Shown one piece after another: positions 32,884 through 36,064 of a DNA stretch of 36,064 bases (positions are counted from its first letter, which is position 1; every line of letters begins with the position of its first letter). This stretch comes from a bacterium (GTDB lineage Bacteria; Patescibacteriota; Minisyncoccia; Phycocordibacterales; UBA5272): the NCBI GenBank assembly GCA_027482685.1, contig JAIXVU010000003.1, positions 1 to 36,064 of the forward strand, in the 5' to 3' direction. The notes under the pieces are model-generated. The model made no database searches. It was not told where the DNA came from and saw nothing but the letters and a program-made list of their open reading frames with translations. The position numbers were made by a program, and so were the translations under genes.

Positions 32884-34530
32884 ATGCAACAAGGCTTCAT
32901 TTCATTACTTATAGAAAAAATACATCGAATCCTAAAGACTGATATCAAGTATCTTAAAAAAAATCTGCTTATTGTTATGTCTGTGCTTTTTGTATTGACA
33001 GGAGTTCTATATTATCAGTATCAAGGCACCAAGGATGACGTTCAAGAGACTATGGTTGTTGCAAAACAACAACTTAATCAATATGTTTCGATTACTGGAG
33101 CGGTTCAACCGTCTCGTGATGTGTCGCTTGCCTTTCAGACAGGTGGTGCGGTTGAATTTGTCGGTGTAAAAATCGGAGATACTGTTACACAAGGGAAAGT
33201 TCTCGCCACACTTTCGTCATCTGACGGACAGGCGAGCCTGCTCCAAGCTGAGGCAACACTAGAAAATGCACGAGCAACATACGATCAATTATCCCAAGGT
33301 GCACGTAAAGAAGAAGTAGCTATCAAGCAACAAGCAGTTGATAATGCAAAGAGCTCACTTGATCAAGTATCACTTACGCTTCCGGATACTATTAGAAATG
33401 TCGACAGCGTCACCGCAGATGCAATAAAAAATAAACTCTCAGGAATTTTTAGTTACTCTGGAGGAAGATATGTACTTTCATTTACGTCATGTGACCAAAC
33501 CTTACAATCAGCAGTTGAGGAAGGTCGTATGAAAATAGAAGGAGCTATCGGAGATTATCAGCGCGATAGTAGTATAATCACATCAATTTCATCAACTGAC
33601 ACTATTATTACTACGTTTGACAAAGCATACGCTATAACAAATGCAACGAATAATTTTATCAATACATTATCACAACTTCTACTTGCTACGTGTAGCTCAC
33701 AAAATACACAACTTGATGCGTACCGCACTTCTCTTGCGCTTGTGCGTACAAACATTAACGCACTCTTTGGTGAGCTCTCGGTTAAGCGCTCCTCACTTCT
33801 TTCTGCAACAAATGTATATAATCAAGCAAAGCGTGACCTCGACCTTACGTTAGCTGGGACTGATCCATTCCGTCTTCGCTCTCAGGCAGCTCTTATCAAG
33901 CAAGCCGAAGCGCAAGTTGCTCAAGCGAAATCAAATATCGCAAAAACAGTTATTAGAGCGCCATTTGATGGGACGGTTAGTGATGTAACTGTAGTAAAAG
34001 GAGAGACGGTAACAACAGGTAAGACAATAGTTTCTATGCTCACAACAAACGCTTTTGAAGTTGAGACGAAGATTCCAGAAATAGATATTATAAAAATATC
34101 ATTAGGGAGTCAGGTAAATATAACACTTGATGCTTATGGAGCTGGAGTGGTGTTCCCAGCTACGGTTACACGCATTAGTCCAACAGCAACAGAGCTAGGC
34201 AATGTCCCTGTATACAAAGTTATTGTTACATTTGCTGCTCCTGACCCTCGAATTCGCGCTGGGATGACAGCCAATGTAAAAATAAAAACAGAAAGCAAAG
34301 AAGACGTCTTAGCGATACCAGCGCGTTTTATTACGGTGATTAATCAAACTCAAGGCACCGTGATTAGGCAAAAAACTGATGGTAAGAAGACACAACAAGA
34401 AGTAGTTAATCTTACCTTAGGTACGCGCGGAGAGAATGGTTTGATTGAAGTAACAAGCGGACTACAACTAGGCGATGTTCTTGTTGCTCCAAATACAACC
34501 ACACGTGCTGCACAGAAAAACGTAGAGTAG
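32884..34530 (+). CDS. MacA-like efflux periplasmic adaptor (membrane fusion protein) with a long helical insert
   Basis: N-terminal TM. Lipoyl halves (GGAVEFVGVKIGDTVTQGKVLA; IRAPFDGTV). IPEIDI, RAGMTANV, and IEVTSGLQLGD. Confidence 0.9.
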   Translation: MQQGFISLLIEKIHRILKTDIKYLKKNLLIVMSVLFVLTGVLYYQYQGTKDDVQETMVVAKQQLNQYVSITGAVQPSRDVSLAFQTGGAVEFVGVKIGDTVTQGKVLATLSSSDGQASLLQAEATLENARATYDQLSQGARKEEVAIKQQAVDNAKSSLDQVSLTLPDTIRNVDSVTADAIKNKLSGIFSYSGGRYVLSFTSCDQTLQSAVEEGRMKIEGAIGDYQRDSSIITSISSTDTIITTFDKAYAITNATNNFINTLSQLLLATCSSQNTQLDAYRTSLALVRTNINALFGELSVKRSSLLSATNVYNQAKRDLDLTLAGTDPFRLRSQAALIKQAEAQVAQAKSNIAKTVIRAPFDGTVSDVTVVKGETVTTGKTIVSMLTTNAFEVETKIPEIDIIKISLGSQVNITLDAYGAGVVFPATVTRISPTATELGNVPVYKVIVTFAAPDPRIRAGMTANVKIKTESKEDVLAIPARFITVINQTQGTVIRQKTDGKKTQQEVVNLTLGTRGENGLIEVTSGLQLGDVLVAPNTTTRAAQKNVE

Positions 34531-34598
34531 TATCGTGTAATTTGCCGTCTATCACATTTCAAAGTATTTCGTAGCTTCTCTGCTATACTTTACTACAT

Positions 34599-35924
34599 AT
34601 GTTCCGCATTATATCAAACACTATTTCTGTAGGTTTTTTCTTAGCTATTCGTCAGATTGCAAGAACGAGTAAGTGGACCACCGTACTCATTGTGTTTATT
34701 ATGATGCTCACGTTTTTTAACCTCGTGGCTACGAGTGGTTTTCTTGTTGGTATTGTAGAGGGCGCATCTCGTAGTTTCAGAGAGCAGTGGACCGGGGACC
34801 TTTTCATTACCAATCGAAATGAAAAAAATTATATCGAACGCACTAACGATATCATCTCCCTCTTGTCATCTTTCCCGCAAATACAAAGTTATAGTCCGAG
34901 AATTACTGCTGGTGCGAGCATAGAAGCTAATTGGTGGCAGAAGCGTACAGAAGAGGATGCTAACATTGTGTCTAATCAGATTGCAGGTATCATCCCAAGT
35001 GTTGAGGATCAGACGACAGGTCTAAGTAAAGCAATTGTTGAAGGTGAGTGGTTAAAAGATGATGATGCTCGTGGTATTGTGCTTGGCTCTGGATATCTTG
35101 CAAAGTATAGTCGAGTTGCAGATCTTGTATCGCTTCTTCGTGACGTAGGCCCAGGGACTGTTGTGCGTGTTACTGTGTCTGGAAAATCCCCTGTTGTTAC
35201 TAACCCAGGGCCTGATGCTGTTCCACCAGAGACAACGACTAATTCAGTAGCGGTATCTCAAGATTTTATCGTGCGAGGTATTATAGATTCAAAAGTACAG
35301 TTTGTTTCTTCTCGTGCGTATATCCTAGATAGTGAGCTTAAGAAAATGATAGGAAAGTCAGATGGCGATGTGTCTGAAATTGCTATAGTCATGAAAGACG
35401 GCATTGACCCATATGTAGTAAAGACACCACTTATCAATAACGGTTTTTCTAAGTATGCACAAATTAACACCTCTAGCGAAGGTTCACCTGAATTCCTTGT
35501 TAATATTAAACTCTTCTTTAGTATTATAGGTACTATTCTTGGATCAGTGTCTGTTGTTGTTGCACTTATTACTATCTTTATTATTATCTATATCAACGCT
35601 CTTACCCGTCGTCGTCAGATTGGTATCATGAAAGGTATCGGTGTTACTAATTTTGCTATTGAGTTTAGCTATATCTGCCAAGCGGTATTTTATGTGCTTA
35701 TAGGTTCTGGTATTGCGCTTGTGATTATCTTTGCAGGGCTTAAGCCATACCTTGATGCTAATCCTATCGATACTCCGTTTGCGACTATTGTACTTGTCGC
35801 AGAGCCGGCTTCTGTTGCAACCAAGTTCTTGCTCGTTATGCTCATATCAACGCTTGCAGGATATCTTCCTGCTAGACTTATTGTAAAAAGAAATACACTT
35901 AATGCAATTCTTGGTCGTAACTAA
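34599..35924 (+). CDS. MacB/FtsX-family ABC transporter permease
   Basis: One TM, a large extracytoplasmic domain, then three TMs. RRRQIGIMKGIG and GYLPAR motifs. Confidence 0.9.
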   Translation: MFRIISNTISVGFFLAIRQIARTSKWTTVLIVFIMMLTFFNLVATSGFLVGIVEGASRSFREQWTGDLFITNRNEKNYIERTNDIISLLSSFPQIQSYSPRITAGASIEANWWQKRTEEDANIVSNQIAGIIPSVEDQTTGLSKAIVEGEWLKDDDARGIVLGSGYLAKYSRVADLVSLLRDVGPGTVVRVTVSGKSPVVTNPGPDAVPPETTTNSVAVSQDFIVRGIIDSKVQFVSSRAYILDSELKKMIGKSDGDVSEIAIVMKDGIDPYVVKTPLINNGFSKYAQINTSSEGSPEFLVNIKLFFSIIGTILGSVSVVVALITIFIIIYINALTRRRQIGIMKGIGVTNFAIEFSYICQAVFYVLIGSGIALVIIFAGLKPYLDANPIDTPFATIVLVAEPASVATKFLLVMLISTLAGYLPARLIVKRNTLNAILGRN

Positions 35925-35936
35925 TCACATACCACT

Positions 35937-36064
35937 ATGACATCAACAAAAAAAGTTTTAATAGAAGTAACTAACCTCACTAAGAGTTTTATAGATGGAC
36001 CGGTTGCAACCCATGTGCTTAAAGGGGTTGATATGACCGTGTATGAAGGTGAGTTTGTTGCAAT
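35937..36064 (+). CDS. ABC transporter ATP-binding protein (MacB/LolD-like), truncated by the window end
   Basis: Hand translation MTSTKKVLIEVTNLTKSFIDGPVATHVLKGVDMTVYEGEFVA(I), the segment that normally precedes Walker A. Confidence 0.85.
   Translation, partial: MTSTKKVLIEVTNLTKSFIDGPVATHVLKGVDMTVYEGEFVA

Noticed and set aside
1-36064. Alternative genetic code (UGA=Gly) or tRNA/rRNA genes
   Set aside because: Conserved genes are full length in code 11, and no cloverleaf or rRNA-like sequence was seen in the short intergenic regions.

Overview
AT-rich (roughly 38-40% GC by eye), gene-dense bacterial chromosome segment read in the standard code. Gene content points to a Patescibacteria/CPR (Parcubacteria-like) genome (inference). 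Bases 1-10782 (minus strand) carry a chromosomal type IV secretion-like cluster: pilin-like gene, beta-rich exported protein, VirB4-like ATPase plus a separate N-domain-like protein, PrgI-like protein, VirB6/TrbL-like membrane protein and a secreted protein with a TrbJ-like N-terminus. No relaxase or coupling protein lies in the window. Next come lnt, rsmA/ksgA, a His-motif membrane protein, pcrA/uvrD, a 1285-aa orphan, a LysM-M23 peptidase, a histidine phosphatase flanked by inverted repeats, comM/yifB, a NYN/LabA gene, rpsO, a Xer recombinase, hfq, xth, an ECF sigma/anti-sigma pair with two paralogous secreted proteins, pgk, tpiA and a MacAB-like ABC exporter cut by the window end. The standout is a self-contained hfq cassette of about 54% GC whose protein looks betaproteobacterial and which has its own near-consensus promoter, SD-like site and terminator, in a genome where many genes look leaderless. 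Other oddities: a perfect 32-bp inverted repeat upstream of pcrA and heptamer-repeat hairpins. All family assignments come from motif recognition, not database searches.
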